Source of the DNA: Solirubrobacteraceae bacterium
Lineage (GTDB): Bacteria > Actinomycetota > Thermoleophilia > Solirubrobacterales > Solirubrobacteraceae
Reading direction: 5' to 3'
NCBI GenBank assembly: GCA_030447505.1
Contig: JAUJOT010000008.1
Span: forward strand, 97,400 to 161,399
DNA length: 64,000 bases
Positions within the stretch are counted from its first letter, which is position 1. Each line of letters begins with the position of its first letter. A program made the translations under genes and the position numbers. Of the stretch, positions 63,911 through 64,000 are shown piece after piece. Under the pieces are notes generated by a model, which was not told the DNA's origin, ran no database searches, and saw nothing but the letters and a program-made list of their open reading frames with translations.

Positions 63911-64000
63911 TACGCGAACCTTCGCGAGCCGCCGGACGACCGCCGGCCGCAGCTGAGCGAGCCGGCGCGGCGCGGCGCCGGTAGGCTCGCCGACAGATGG

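Overview
Very GC-rich (by eye) actinobacterial-type chromosomal segment. The taxon guess of a Thermoleophilia/Rubrobacteria-like Actinomycetota is inference only. Most long ORFs in the six-frame track are Arg/Pro/Ala-rich shadow frames. I kept about 60 coding calls that have recognisable family motifs, sensible composition, or start/stop coupling.

Core content:
- An aerobic-type cobalamin (cob) cluster in two blocks: cobB, cobU-cobC fusion, cobL, cobM, then cobF, cobK, cobIJ fusion, cobH, cobG. A three-gene acyltransferase / patatin / PP2C-phosphatase block splits it.
- An FNT channel plus cyanase pair.
- An SGNH hydrolase, a secreted LVIVD-propeller protein and a diaminopropionate ammonia-lyase.
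- A DUF2243 / GMC oxidoreductase / FAD-lactone-oxidase trio.
- moaB and a moaD-moaE fusion, and modABC.
- A PQQ-type sugar dehydrogenase lipoprotein, an MBL hydrolase and a Leu/Val dehydrogenase.
- An ECF sigma factor fused to a zinc-finger anti-sigma / TM extension.
- An OmpR-type two-component system with a DUF4153-like membrane protein and a cupredoxin lipoprotein.
- A NarL-type two-component system, a NUDIX hydrolase and a rubredoxin.

Accessory and decaying content:
1. A lower-GC island (about 16.8-23.85 kb). It holds a frameshifted PIN toxin plus HTH antitoxin, a chimeric ORF containing a LigD-polymerase remnant, and a nuclease-like / NACHT (STAND) NTPase gene. An IS256-family element with a 9-bp target duplication cleanly splits the NACHT gene. 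Removing the IS in silico restores one 763-codon frame.
2. A vapBC remnant under the 3' tail of dpaL.
3. A truncated nucleotidyltransferase abutting a DUF1684 gene that has no canonical start codon.
4. A ParB-N-like fragment.
5. A four-gene module with no obvious export signals: a Gly-rich beta-helix-like repeat protein, a metzincin, a small protein, and a lectin-like repeat propeller fused to DUF4185. It is bounded by gene remnants and a second frameshifted IS256-family element.
6. An orphan 387-aa protein.

No rRNA, tRNA, CRISPR array or convincing riboswitch was seen. The candidates most worth follow-up are the IS-split NACHT gene, the 39.1-44.2 kb module and the sigma / anti-sigma fusion. 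None can be assigned a function from sequence alone.
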